64,000 nucleotides of DNA, taken from positions 47,802,001 through 47,866,000 of the forward strand of contig CM060732.1 of NCBI GenBank assembly GCA_030704615.1. The letters run 5' to 3'. This document shows, piece by piece, positions 1 through 13,300 of this stretch. The translations under genes and the position numbers were made by a program. This DNA comes from Takakia lepidozioides (lineage: Eukaryota > Plantae > Bryophyta). The notes under the pieces were generated by a model. That model was not told the DNA's origin and searched no databases. It saw only the letters and a list, made by a program, of their open reading frames with translations. Within the stretch, counting starts at the first letter, position 1. Each line of letters opens with the position of its first letter.

Positions 1-1
1 A

Positions 2-75
2 CTAGGTAAGGTATGTAGGATAAGAGTAAGTTTAGGTAACAATACCCTTACTTTTATCCTACATACCTCACCTAG
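2..75. repeat. Short inverted repeat (hairpin or MITE remnant) downstream of CYP97B, possibly cut by the window edge
   Basis: ctaggtaaggtatgtaggataagagtaag (2-30) is nearly the reverse complement of cttacttttatcctacatacctcacctag (47-75). Confidence 0.7.
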
Positions 76-372
76 GGCATTGTTACTAGAACACATCGGC
101 CTCAGGTTCAGGCATGCTACTTTATTGCACATACACCTCTGCATCCCCAGCTCAGTTGCTGGGGGATGCAGTTTTTTCGGAGGAGCGATGACTTGTGTTG
201 CATGAATATAAGCAAAAGCACATAGTCAACTCCTTGGTACTGAGTTCTAGTAGATGACCTACAGATGAACTTAAATGAAGAGGAAGAATGATATTCCGAC
301 TGCAATCTGCAGAGTCGTAGATGATAATAGTTGTCTGGAGACTGCATGCAAGACATTCCCAGGTGCGTGCAA

Positions 373-3300
373 TCAGGACTGAACAGAGAGTGCCTTTTCC
401 TGATCCGGAGCGATAGGAATCAATTGTCGCCGCCGCAGTTTACACCACAATCCAGCCTTGGTGTGTATGGTGGCTCCTGTCACAAGCTCCACCTCTTCAG
501 GAGAGCCTCGCAGCTCCACATCAAACTTTTGCAGCAGCATGGTCAGGGCCACTGTGGACTCCATCAATGCAAATTGGTCTCCAACACACTTGCGAGGTCC
601 CCCTCCAAAAGGCAAGAATGCAAAATCTGCCATCACCTGTATTTTGGAACAGGACACAGCAACATGACATTCAAGGACATCGGGAGGGTGTGGTTACAGA
701 GACCAGCGTGATTTAACCTTGCTACTAGTAGGTGGTCAGTCTGATAACTTCTTCTGTGACCAGCTCTTTCCCTGGGGACCTCATGTACCTCGCCAAGACT
801 GGATGTGTAGACCATGGAACTACATTGGGAAGCAAGTTATGTGCATCTTACACACACAGAATTTCATCCTTGCCTCTGAAAGACGTCAGTGCTGGAGTTT
901 GGTGCGTAAATTTAGACTCACGAGTAGTAGTCTCCACTGGGAAGTTAAACACATGTTATGGTCCAGGATTGTGTGTCAGAGTTCAAGTCGTGTACCATTT
1001 GACATGAAACCCCAGAATATTTACTATTCCACAAATGTTTCTAATAAATGGGTCACCTGACTAAAAGGTTTTCAGGGCATCTTTCCAAAGAATAGCTAGC
1101 TGCTTGTTTTCTAGTTCTGGGCTTGGTGAATAAAAGTGAACCAATGCTTCCAAATTGACACGAGTGGCCTAGACAATCCTTTGTGTAACTTCAGGAAGAC
1201 TCTGTTGTCTCAGAGTCACTGACCACCTCATAAGCATTCGTAAAATAATATGCCGAGTCAACATCTACCAGGGTCTAACAGACCTCATTCTTCAACAAGC
1301 AGTATGTGAAAGCACCCACTTGCCAGTAGCTTTCAATAAATTTCAACATGAGAGAGGGATAATCACATAAACATAAACAGCGACACAGACAAATGGCAGG
1401 TGAAGTGTAAGCACAGACAAACCTCATTCGGATAGAGGGCTCCTTGACCTCGAGTGGGATCAAAGCCAGCCCAACCCTTAATGCCCTCATTAGTTCTGGA
1501 CTTCAGGAACCTCTCAGGTTTGAACTTCTCTGGTTCCTCCCAGAAATGAGGCGACCTATGCAGGTTGTACACCTGTCACAAAACATATCTTGTTACAGCT
1601 TGCAACCAAACGTACAGCCTTCACCAAAACAATGAGGCCAGAAGTTGTCTCCACATCCAAGGAGAGCCCACGACACTACAAGGCAGTGAGTGATACCCAC
1701 TGGTCTGCGAGCATGCGTACAAGCATCAGAACTAGAATCATTGGTCCAGCTGGTATTGAATTTCTCTTTCCAAATCCTCATGTATCAAGTTCCAGTAAAA
1801 CATGGGGGCTCAGCCAAGTTTGAAAGGGTCAGATATAATATCCCACAAAACATGCATTTGGCTGTGCTCGAAGGGAGCCACATCAGTTTAAGCAAAGCTA
1901 AAAACCACACTAGTCAGACAAAACAAGGGCTTCTATATCTGAAGTCATCCAATGTAAAAATTCCAGTTTCTGCCCATCAGAACAACAAGGTTTCAGAGAT
2001 TATAGAATTAGAAGATGGGTTGCACGACATCCGAAGGTCTGGACATGACAGGAAAATTGGGAATTCTGGTAGTTGACAATCACTTACAGAGATGAAAATG
2101 TCCACTCCCTTGGGAATACTGTACCCATTTGGGTCACCTTTATGGCCTCCTGCATTCGGACAAAACACAACCCTATCAGCGTGAGAAGCTGCTTGCAGGC
2201 AAAAAGAGTACATGGCTGCAAGACAAATGAACAAGTTAAAGTGTACCGTCACTGGAAGTATGCCTAGCTTATCTGCTACACAATGTCCCTAACTCAACAT
2301 ACTTGCAACTAAACGGCTCAATACACCCACTGACCAAACTTCATATTTAACCAGCTCCATCATGAAACCAATCTTGGTTATGGGGGTGAAAAGCTCATGC
2401 ACTTAGTTAACTACCAGACAACTAGCATGATGCACGACGCTAGCTCCACTTGCATATATCCAGACCTCATTTTATCTTTCTCTGTGAGGTCCTTATTGTT
2501 TCTTGAATAGGGTGCAGGTGGACCCTGTTCATGATTGTTGAATGGAAGTCATGCTCTTCAGTTGCACTTGTCATTCTGGTGCAAGGTGAAGGTCCAGTCA
2601 TTGAGAACCCAAATTGCATTTTCAAAGCAAAGCAAAAATCAGTACTAAGAAAAAATAAATTTCCAGTTGCCTATCCAGCTGCCAAGTGACCATCTGCAAG
2701 ACGGACACACATGTCCCAGAGCCAAAGGTCAGTTTCAAAGTCAAAGTATTCCTTTTCCTTTCACAGTGAAGCTACCTAATGATGAAGAAGTGCTACAACC
2801 TCGTAAGCTATGTACCTGGAAGAATGTCAGGTTGTAGAGATCGCCTGATGAGTAAGGGTGGCTGTGGATAGAGGCGTAATGATTCGGCAACAATCAGCTT
2901 TATATACCTGCGCACCACACCAACAAGATCCATCAAGCAGCACTCTTAACAGCAGGGAGGGAACCCAAGGGGAAGGTAAAATTCCAAAAACGTGCACAAA
3001 CATGTCTCATGTGCACCTACACAACTGTCAACTCCATGTCGCGTCTGAAAGTAAATTGTCACTTGTCTGCAAATACATTCCACATCTGTCTGATCACTCT
3101 TGCAGGAGCACATTGGTGGCGTCCAGCTAAAGTTCTGGGTCACCTTCAACAAGAAATGAAGTACAAATACATGCTTGGCTGGATGAGTGCAGTCTGTATT
3201 CATCCACCCCTAATCCCCCCCTTTTCATGCAGCTTCCCCTGCCTTCACTCTCTCTGTCTAGAACCTTAGTGACCTCTCATCCTGACATTTTGAGCAGTCA

Positions 3301-6300
3301 ATGCATAATAGCAAGGAAAACATGATACGTCCAACTCTCAAGGCTCTACCACTTGATGGAAGGATAATTTTGAATTGTTTGTCCAAACTATTGGCACTAG
3401 CCCAGAGACCAGGAGCGCACTAGCCCAAGCCTCCCCTTTCCCCTTCTCCCTCACTTTACTGCTGCAACCAATTTGAGTGTGGGGCCTCCAGCAATAAGGC
3501 TACAGCACACAACTTGTAATGAATGGTATCTCAAATATAGGTACAAACTGTGAGCTCACTGCAGATTTTTGACATCTTCTAAACCAGGCCTTCTCCCCGC
3601 AAGCACCCTATCTATTTCCGCTTGAGCCTTCACTATCATTGAAGGATTCTGCACAATACAAATCCAAGCCCACATCAGAGAACTTTCCCATGCTTAAAGT
3701 AATGGGATTCCATGCATGCTTTGTTAAGTTATAACAGTAAACTTGCATGATATGGTGGCAGTTTTTCAGTTTGTTCTGGCACAAATGAAACTTTCACCTC
3801 TTATAAGCTTTCCACCCCAGGCATACAGGAAACGCACAGATCATACCAAACAAACAAATTCATCAAATAAAGCTCATTGAATGATAACACAAAGTGCGGG
3901 AGGGATGTTAAGTTTGTAAGGGAATGAGGATACAAGACCTGGGCAAGCATAAAAGTGGCCCAAGTGAGGACGGCTGCTGTGGTCTCATGTCCAGCAATGA
4001 GCATGGTCATCAAGTCATCTCGCAGCTGCAACCCGCCACCCTCATCATTCTCCTCTAGCCAAGGTGTGCGTATGCTTTGCATGGCTAAGTTCGTGAAGCT
4101 TAGACCCAACAGTCATCAAGCTTCTGTAACAAATCTTCAAGAGAGTTTGTAAACTGCAGACAGAATCCGACAATTTTACCAGTTACAAGCTCACCAGCTG
4201 GAGGATGGCTGCAACAGGGGGGGGTGCTTACTTGTTTTGTGTTGAAGTTTTCACCCCTCATATCTACCAAAAATCTCAGCAGACTAGAGTCCTGTCATCC
4301 ATCACAAAGCCACAGTAAGCACCATTCTATGACTGTCAAATTTCCTTAGGCATCCATCCAACTGCTGCCTTTGCCCACAGGAATTAGACAACCTACTAAA
4401 CATCATGTAACTGCAAGAAGAAGGAGCAGCTGATTTACTTACTGTAAGTTTCGAAAAGTCCCTTTGCAGCAGTGTTTCAATGTCCTCTTCCTGTGCATGT
4501 CAGAACAGAGGGGGCCTACTTCTGTTAGACTTCATGATATATGTTCTTCCTTGAAACGGCAGCTGAGAGTCTTACCCTCTCCCTCTGCCTCAATACACCA
4601 TCAGCATTGTTGAAGACACCAGCCATAGACCTCAGGCATTTAAAGAGAAAGATTCCTCCAGTCTTTGCTTCACGTCTTGAGATATGCTTCCTACCATGTC
4701 AAAAGCTGAGAAGCAAGTCTCAAATTGAAACTGACCTGTCGAGTATCTCGTGCCCTTTGTATGAGATCATCCAAACAGTCATTGATCACCTTCAAATCTT
4801 CCTGGAACTTGCGTTGCCGTGGGACTAGCCACCTTGCCAAGGGAAACTTCCAATAGGGAATATAAAACGTTGATCTATGTTCAGCCTCTGACAATGTGCC
4901 ATATACTGCCTGTGCAGATCAACATTCAGTCTTCATCAATCCAAGCACAGAACATATACCAATCTGACAGTACGCACATGGCAGAAAACTTCTATACAGC
5001 AAACCATATGATTACACATGAATGCCAAGATCCTATGTTATGGACACATACTAGAAATGAGACAAATGTACTGCAGGAGACTTGACACAATGAAGACCAA
5101 CCCAACAGCTTTCAAGGGACAGGTAGCATACAGGAGATAAGAGCAAGGAAAGCAGGTAACACGGGAGCCGATGGAAGGAACAGTAGGGATGAACATAACA
5201 AGGTATCATGTCTGGACTTCACTACGGTAGTCACTGAAGGATGTAGTCCTTGCAGAACACTAACGCACTGGACCGAGCCTTACCGAGATTACAGGAGACT
5301 CTCTAGTAATAGATCCAAAGTCATAGTTGAATACACCCAACCCAATAATATCCAGTGCAAGACTTGAGTACACTGCCTCCATTTCCACTTCAACATATGG
5401 CAATCCTTTCTCTTCTGCAATTCCTGAAAGTGACTCCAGTTTTTTCATAGCACGCTCGGTACAATTGTCGAAGACTTGGACCATTGCTTCCAGATAAGCC
5501 GCATGGAAACCCGGAACTATAGCTGTTCATAGCAACATACCAATATCAGAAGCCCTTCCAGCACTTTAGTGACGCTCCCTTTTCTACTGCTTATTCCATT
5601 CTCAGGGTGGATATCAAAAGTCACCTTGGACTGAGGAGTGACTACATCAATGGGAAGGGCAACAGACCTCGCCTTCGTAATTTCCATGTCTCGAGATCAG
5701 CAGGAATGAGTCCCTTGCCCATAATTGGTTCCAGAATATCTGCTAGGACACCCTGTCGCATGAGGTCAACTTTTAAGTAGTGGTAAATCTTGAGGAAGCC
5801 TTACGATTAGCAATGTCTCCATCTTTCACTCTGCCAGAACTTCTGGCTTTCAAACAGCAAGAGCAAGACATCCTGTTAAAGCTACTCCATATGCTCAAGG
5901 TGATCCCTGCCTAGCACCTAGTATCCATCCTGCAAAGCATCCAACTTCAGAGGATATCCAACCTATAGCCTGCATGACGTAACCTGCAGAATGGATCACA
6001 CCTCAAATTGTGTCCTGCACCTTAAGGCCCTGGAGCAAGACAGCTGCATCCAATTGAAAGTCAAAGTAAGAAAGAGGCTGGAACAAAGAGCTGTGGAGAC
6101 ATAGACCTTGTCATATCCGAATGCATTCTCTCGAAGGATGTGGCGTGCAACAATTGGATCAGAGACCACCACAAAGGCCTTGGGTCCAAAAGCAAGCTTA
6201 TACACAGGCCCATGCTGCAACACGCAAGGTTCACAGATCAATTCTTTCGTCTGACCCTAGCCTGTACTTTAAATGTTCAGAATAATTAGAGGGGTGAAAA

Positions 6301-7474
6301 GGAAACAAAGGGAGAATTAAAGACTTACTTCAATGAACCAGTCATATAGAGCAAAAAAGAGAGGCCTCCGAAAAAGGTCAGAGACAGCCCCCTCCGCAAT
6401 CGGCATACTGCCCATACTGCCCCCACTCAGCAGATTTGTCAGCAGATTGCTTGCATTGTCCAGTAAAGACCGCTCGTTTTCAGGCTTGCGTTCTGATACT
6501 GTTTTCAAACTTTCAAACACACACCCTTAAATACATCAATTTGAGGTATACTAGGTCTCTAGATTAATACCTCAGCAACTGAATTGCGTAAGATCAGCAA
6601 GTAAACACAGGGCAATGTCTTGGAGAGTCAATCTCAACCTAGAGATGTGCCTGCCACTCTTCACGGAAATAAGTATGGAAATGAGTGTAGTGGCCAAGTT
6701 AGGGGTGAAAGTAACATAGCTTCGCAGTGCCAATTTAGAGAGAGACGACCTTCCAACATAGAATTATCTACTGCTTCACAGGATTCGTCTCCACCCCTCA
6801 CTTTACTTTCGAATTGCAAATGTTCAGATAGTGGCATTGCCACCCACGCCTTTAATAATCTCTACCGACAAGGCCCTTTCTCTGCTCCAGCTGGATCACA
6901 ACGTTTTCTTTTACTGGGGTTTAAGTTCATGTCCTGTGTGTTCTTAAGATTCACCACTGATCTCATCCGTATTTTGAACTTTTCCCTCTGCTCACTCTCT
7001 CCCTTTTGTGCGATCCCACTAGAAAGCGACGGTCGTGGATGCCATTCTGCTTCCCCATTTGCCCACTTCCCCTCCCACCTCCTCTTCTCAGCTTCTCCAA
7101 ACTGGGCACGGGTCTATGTCCACAAGGCTAGAGTAGATTTATCCATATCCTGCTGTTGAAGATCACATGAACCGGGTGCTCCGCACGTTAGAGAATTCAA
7201 CATATTCAATTGTTTACAATCAAATCGAAACAGTATCCATAGCAGTGCGTATGGAAACAAACCAGCAAATTCGGAGAGGACGAGCTATAGTGGAAGGAGA
7301 GACATGTTCCGAGCGACGTCTTAGTCCCACGTCAATGGCGGGATAATGCCTTCCTAACTGGACGTACTTGAAAGTGCCGACTTGAGACATTGCCAAAAGG
7401 GAGACACCTGCCCTGCGACAACCGGAGATGTCCGAACCATATGCAGCTGACAAAGGAGGCACACAGAAAGCCAT
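373..7474 (-). CDS. CYP97B: Cytochrome P450 CYP97B-type (plastid carotenoid hydroxylase family), 14 exons, about 616 aa
   Basis: GT-AG exons joined in frame: 7263-7474, 6329-6509, 6107-6214, 5668-5752, 5284-5522, 4736-4909, 4443-4490, 4232-4291, 3939-4025, 3560-3648, 2816-2907, 2088-2149, 1423-1572, 373-636 (sum 1851 nt). Motifs: [30 protein letters not shown]-helix [26 protein letters not shown], heme [10 protein letters not shown]. Exon 1 (transit-peptide-like) is the least certain. Confidence 0.95.
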
Positions 7475-8050
7475 TCAGACAGAACGAGAGCTCGTGGACG
7501 ACAGATAGAAAGCTTCTAACCCTTAAGCTGCCCTGGGTTTACATGTAGCTCTGCACACACCCCGGATTGTTCAGGTTTGCAGATTTCCATACGTGGATGT
7601 CTTCAGATTTGCATCGACTCTTGCAGAATGTTCTCCAACGACTTGGAAGAACTAACTGTTTGAGACAGCAAAACATTTGAAACAAGGACAGGCGAAATTT
7701 TTGAAGGGGGGTTTCTCATCTGTCTCTCTGTGGAGGTCTTGATCGAAGTGGAGCTGCTCGGTGCGAATCCCCATTTTCCTGCGAGGGGCCCGAGTTCATA
7801 TTGTCATCAACTCCATTGGGGGCCCCACACACAAAAATCTCAGTTGTTGCCTTAATGCACGTTATCCGTATGCAGAACGTTGTATGTACGTATGTAGTAT
7901 GTACCAGACTGGTCCTGCTGGTATGCCTAGTGGACCTTTAAGGCCAAGCTGGTCTTAGGGCCAACTTCCATGCCTCGGCCAAGTTATCCAAAGTTTGCCC
8001 TGGAGCATGGCCGACTGGTGGCATGGATGGTTGCTTTTGTGTGCATAGGG

Positions 8051-9133
8051 TAGGGAATTCCAAAAAGGCCTTGATGTGAAATGCATCGCAATTCACTTGA
8101 TCACCCCCCTACAAGTGCGCAATTCAATTGAATTGCAAGGGCAATTCAATTGAACTAACCCTAATTTGCAATTCAATTGAATTGTCGGCACACGATTCAA
8201 TTGAATTGCGAATTGGCAATTCAATTGAATCGCTAGTTGGCAATTCAATTGAATTGTAATCTATAATTTTTAACTTATTTTTGTATATAATATAATATAT
8301 ATGTACATGTATATATTCAAATTATATTTATACACTTATAAGAGTATAAGCTAAAAATACATGTTGCCCGTCTATTCTTGCTGGCCCTCTTTTTTGTGGA
8401 AATTGTGGAGTTGTGAAACCACCTCAGCCTCAGCGAGAAAGGAGCTAGAGACGGAGACAGCTCAGCAGCTTCCTGTGATTCACTGGCAAAAGAAACATGG
8501 CTGGCTCCGAAAAAAACAGACAAAATCAAACCTGACAATTGATGAAAGGTTTCCCCTGCATCACCATGTAGTCCCCTAACACTAGTATCTGGCCTAGGAC
8601 AAAGAAAACAAAAAATATGTTCATCTTGAGAATTATCAAAAATTTCGATACCCTTACAAAGGTATCATGTTGAAGTTGGGATGTGTGTTCTATATAAGTT
8701 TAATATATCAAACTCTTACACGTTAATACTCTTACATTGGTATCATGTTTGGTATATGTACATAGCCATATATTGGCACCAACATCCACAAAGAGAGACA
8801 ATCCCGCTTTTACAAGCGCTTCGTGACTTCCCCTCTCTCTCTCTCTCCCTCTCTCGCTCTCCCTTAGGCTTATCTTGGGCTCAAGCCTTACCACGGGCAA
8901 AGGATTGACAGACGGACAGCAAGAATAGACGGGCAACATGTATTTTTAGCTTATATCTGTGTATGTATATATGTATAATTTATATATATATATTATATAT
9001 AGAAATAAGTTAAAAATTATAGATTACAATTAAATTCAATTGTAGTCAACAATTCAATTGAATTGCGCACTTTTAGGGGGTGATCAAGTGAATTGCGATG
9101 CATTTCACATCAAGGCCTTTTTGGAATTCCCTA
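8051..9133. mobile_element. Non-autonomous TIR element (hAT-like/foldback MITE, about 1.08 kb)
   Basis: Terminal IR of more than 55 bp (tagggaattccaaaaaggccttgatgtgaaatgc... / ...ggaattcccta). Inverted similarity continues inward to about 8380/8917. Flanking direct repeat cataggg(t) at 8044 and 9134. Repeated caattcaattgaattg palindromes. Confidence 0.9.
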
Positions 9134-10164
9134 CATAGGGTTCAAAAGTAATTGGGCAATAGGTGTGCATAGCTGTCCAAGGCCCAGACCAATTGAGCCT
9201 GTCACTTTGCAAAGGGTGGGTCCCCTAGAGGAGACATGAGCGACAATGAGCATGTGCACAAAGGTGACCTTCACAGCAGGTAGAAGAGACAGGTAACCCA
9301 CTACAACAGGTGAAAAGCGATTACCGGCCCTGAAATTGTGCTCACCGATGTGGGTCACCGATATCTGGGCGCAAGTCGTCATTTTTGTCATCTAGTGCCA
9401 GTGATTCCCAATGTGGGTAGTGTACGTGGCTGGTTGAGTATTGCCATGTGGGACATACGCAAATTCCAGGTAAGAGTAGGTCTGAAATTGAATTCAAGTA
9501 CTGGGGTGATATGTATACCGGTATGGTTGAGCCCCACATGCGTCAAGCTGCACCAGAAAGAGGAAGAAAACCAAGTATAAGGATAGGTTTTTTTTTTTTT
9601 TTTTTTTTTTTTCGGTTGGTGGTATAGGTTTTGGATAGGTTCCAGTAAATAAAACAAGGCGTGAGATACACGAGGCCCTGCCATTGTTTTATTGGCTCCT
9701 CGCTATAAGGGAGAGTCCACACATTGGTGCCAAAAATGAGTAAGATCCTGATATACCTCCACTAGATAGTACCTACATGAAGCACATAATCCTCCCCCGC
9801 TTAGATCTTAACTTGAATGTACCTTGATTGGATAAGACCCATAAGTGAATTTTACACATGTAAATATTCATAAATGAAGACCCAAAATTGGTAGGCAGTT
9901 TAGGGATAGACACATCTGAATTATTGAAAATCTATAAGAATAAGAGCAAGGTTTAATTTCCTTCATACATATATATATTGTGGTGTGATTTCAGCTGTTG
10001 AAACCTGCCATAGGAGTTGAGATCAGAGAAAACCTGGTGTTGGGAGGAAAATCATTGAAGGACTTAGGCAAATATGAAAGGGGTGAAGTTTTGAGCCAGG
10101 GATGAATAAGTTCACATTGGATGAATAAGTTTATTCTTCGTCTTGTTCACGTATAAATGTTGGA

Positions 10165-10358
10165 CATTGTTTTTTTTTCTGGCGAAAAATCACTAGCTTT
10201 CGACCTGGAAAATGCCAGGTCGGCTACTTTTACTAAGGAATTATGGGAGTAATTTTTTTTAATAAAAATTGCCAGAAAGCGCCAATGGTCAAATATCTTG
10301 AGCCAGATTTGTCCTACATGGACTTGTTAAAATGACACCTGTAATATATCCATTTTTT
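10165..10358. mobile_element. Truncated copy of the hAT-type MITE family found at 47381-47667
   Basis: cattgtttt..ctggcgaaaaatc..ttcgacctggaaa..ggaattatggg..tgacacctg matches the reverse complement of the right part of the 47381-47667 element. Confidence 0.65.
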
Positions 10359-13300
10359 CAGGTGTTGGCATAGCTCAACGGCTACTATTTCACTGAAGGA
10401 TCTGGGGTGTTGCACATACGACATCAAAGAGAAGGGGACGGTGGGTCTGACAGCCTCTTGGCAATTCAAATTGATAAGGATCTGAATGAAAGGACGGTTG
10501 CAGATAGGCTTTGAGTTAAGGTTTTCGGGAGGTAGATTCATTGCAGAAGGGAGGTGATAGTCTAGGAGTTATTAGGGTATGGGGTGGTCGGTTGCTTATA
10601 CTGGTGGCAGCTCAAGCGGTGACGGCATGCGCTTGGGAGTTATGGGGTGTGGAGCTCGAGTAATCGTTACTGGCGCAGCTTGGGCGGTGACAGCATGGAG
10701 CGAGGGCATCAGCAGGGGATGGACAGCTCAACTGTGGATGGGTACTTACAAATATCAACCCAGGAAAGGGGTATTTAGGTGTTGTGCTCGTGATGTTTCT
10801 TCTTCTTTTTGCTATGACTTTAGAACAGAACATGCTGGAGAGATATAGCTTGGTAATGTCGTTAGGGAGAAAAACTTGGGAAATTGGGGTTATGAATGAA
10901 GCTGTGACAGAGTGAGTTCAAACCAGATGGATTCCTATGTTGAGAGAGCTTGGAGTGTGCATTCTTGATTTGTGAGAAGAATGATTCACTGATGGTAGTG
11001 GTATAGATGTTGCATGACCTTTGTGACAATTAGATCTGTTGCATTCTGTTTGCAGTCTGTTTTGCTTCAGTAGAATTAAGTCAATTAGTTGTAGTCATGA
11101 CCACAATGGAGGGGATATTGAGTAGATAGGGTTTCAGGCCCAGTGCTGTTTTACTGGAAATTAGTTTGTTGCAGAGTGTGGTGGTCATAGCAGGCAGGCT
11201 AATGGTTCATGTGATGACATGCTGCACATTGAAGGCCAACAGGATGGGCTCAATTGCATTGCACAGCATATAGGTTGTAGTAAATTTGTGGAGGGTATTT
11301 GTGTTTGCAAACACAACTTGCTGCTGTGAGAAGAGAACAGGGGTGGGAGAGAGACCTGAAAATGCATATCATAAAGTGGTTGGGAGCATGATCAAGTGAC
11401 AAAGAGGTGACAAAGAGGTAACACCCTGAGATGACCTGCAATGTACTAGAGTAATTGTTCATCAAAAGGAAAACCTGCAAGGCTGTTGAACTGACTGAAT
11501 TTCACTAAGTTAGAGGGATAGGCAAGAAGAGTTTGTGAGCCTGACATACATTTATCCTTGTCATGATGTAAGGAAGAGAACAAGGGATGGGAGAGAGATC
11601 ACATCTGCATACATGATCTAGAAAGAGGGGCTGCCTACTCAAACAAGGGAGAGGGAACATCCGGAGATGTTTGCAGCCATACCCTGTCAGAATGAAACCA
11701 AAACAAGACGTGTTGCATAGCTGGGTTTATCCTAAAAGTGCATAGAAGTGTACAAGAAAAAGTTGTATGTCAATCTATAGTTGCAAGCTTTTTGGTGTAA
11801 AACTAACCCAACATTTGTGATGCTGTATTTTGTGTTATGAGTATAGGACTCACCTAGTGGCTAAGTTAGGTAGTCACCAAACACAAGAGGATAGAATAAT
11901 ATAAGGGGTAGATGGATAGTGTAAATAGGTTTATTCTTACTTTCTCTTCCACTGCGCCAAGGGTAAGCCTTGACTTCTCTGGTCATAATGAGTTAGTAAT
12001 TAATACTACCTAGGCTGTTAGGCCATTCTTTTCACACTACAACATATAATGTTGGTGGCCCGACAAATGCCTACAATATTTCAGTACATCAAAATTTCAG
12101 TATTTCAGTATTTCAGCGAGTATTTCAGCAAATATTTCAGTATTCCAGTTCGTATTTCAACAAGCATTTCAATATCTTAATAATTAGTAAACTTGATGAT
12201 TAGTTTTGTAATATCATACATCAATATTTAATTCCTACATCAATAAAGTTTCGCCTTTGTCCCTCGTTTTATAAATAAAGAAACTTTCTTCTTATACAAA
12301 ACATGTTTAAAATATACTGAATATGTGTTATCTGATTTTAATATAATTTTTTAAGGAAATTTTCTGCTTAGAATCTTAGGGTGGAGCCATTACGCGACTA
12401 GCCGCTTGTTGATATGAAGTTTTATGGAATTATGTTATGGCTAAGAATAATTTATTTTAATTTTGAAGTGATTATGAAGTGAGGTTCTATTAAAATGAAA
12501 TGTTGTGTGTGTAAACATGACCAAAGTATTTATAGTAAACTATTACGGAGTGGAACATGTGCCCAACTGGGAACTAAAAACTTTCATGTTCCCATTAAGT
12601 CTCATGGGAACAACCCATGATATAAGGTTAAGGGCACTTTGGCCACTTGATGCGTAGTCCCTACCTTGTCGGGCAGGGCCAATAAAAACTTTCAAGCATC
12701 CAGCAAATTGCTATTGGTTCGTTTGTACTACAATGTTGGAGCGTTACAAAATGCAAACAGGCATGGCAGCCATGTACAACTTGTTAGTTGGAATTGGAAA
12801 TGGTAGGCCAAGAAAATGGGAAGCTTTATTTTCGTCATATGTCAGCTGTAAACCATACCGGTCGCAGTATAGTTGTTGGCGATGTTGCGAGTAAGGCTAA
12901 TACCGAGTTTCAAGCAGTCCAGGAGGGGTAGGGCCTAGGCATTATGATGGTAGGACAACCAAGTTGTAGCCCAATAGTAATGGGCACATGCCACCTGAAG
13001 TGGTTGTGGGTTCAATCCACCTTTGGTGTCACAAAGGTGTTCATCTTCCTAGCGGAAGGAAGTAATCCTTCGGGGTGAAGAGACACCATAGTTTACGCTT
13101 CCTTCGGGAGGCGTCAAATATTAATATTATTATGACTTAGGTTATAAGGTCATTTTTCCTAAACCCTAAGTTCTGCAGACAACCGGATATTTGCCCAATG
13201 ATACCCCCCACTGGTTAGTCTTATGATACCTTCACTCAGACCTGGGCACATACCAGTACAATACTGGTATGTATCCCTATGAGCTCTGTTGCTAGTTGGT

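Noticed and set aside
6620-7159. 179-aa plus-strand ORF in CYP97B intron 1, and antisense ORFs over the JmjC exons
   Set aside because: They have no domain signal and mostly non-ATG starts, consistent with chance or shadow ORFs.
10360-11700. Possible decayed retroelement coding region
   Set aside because: I could not read a recognisable motif in any frame.
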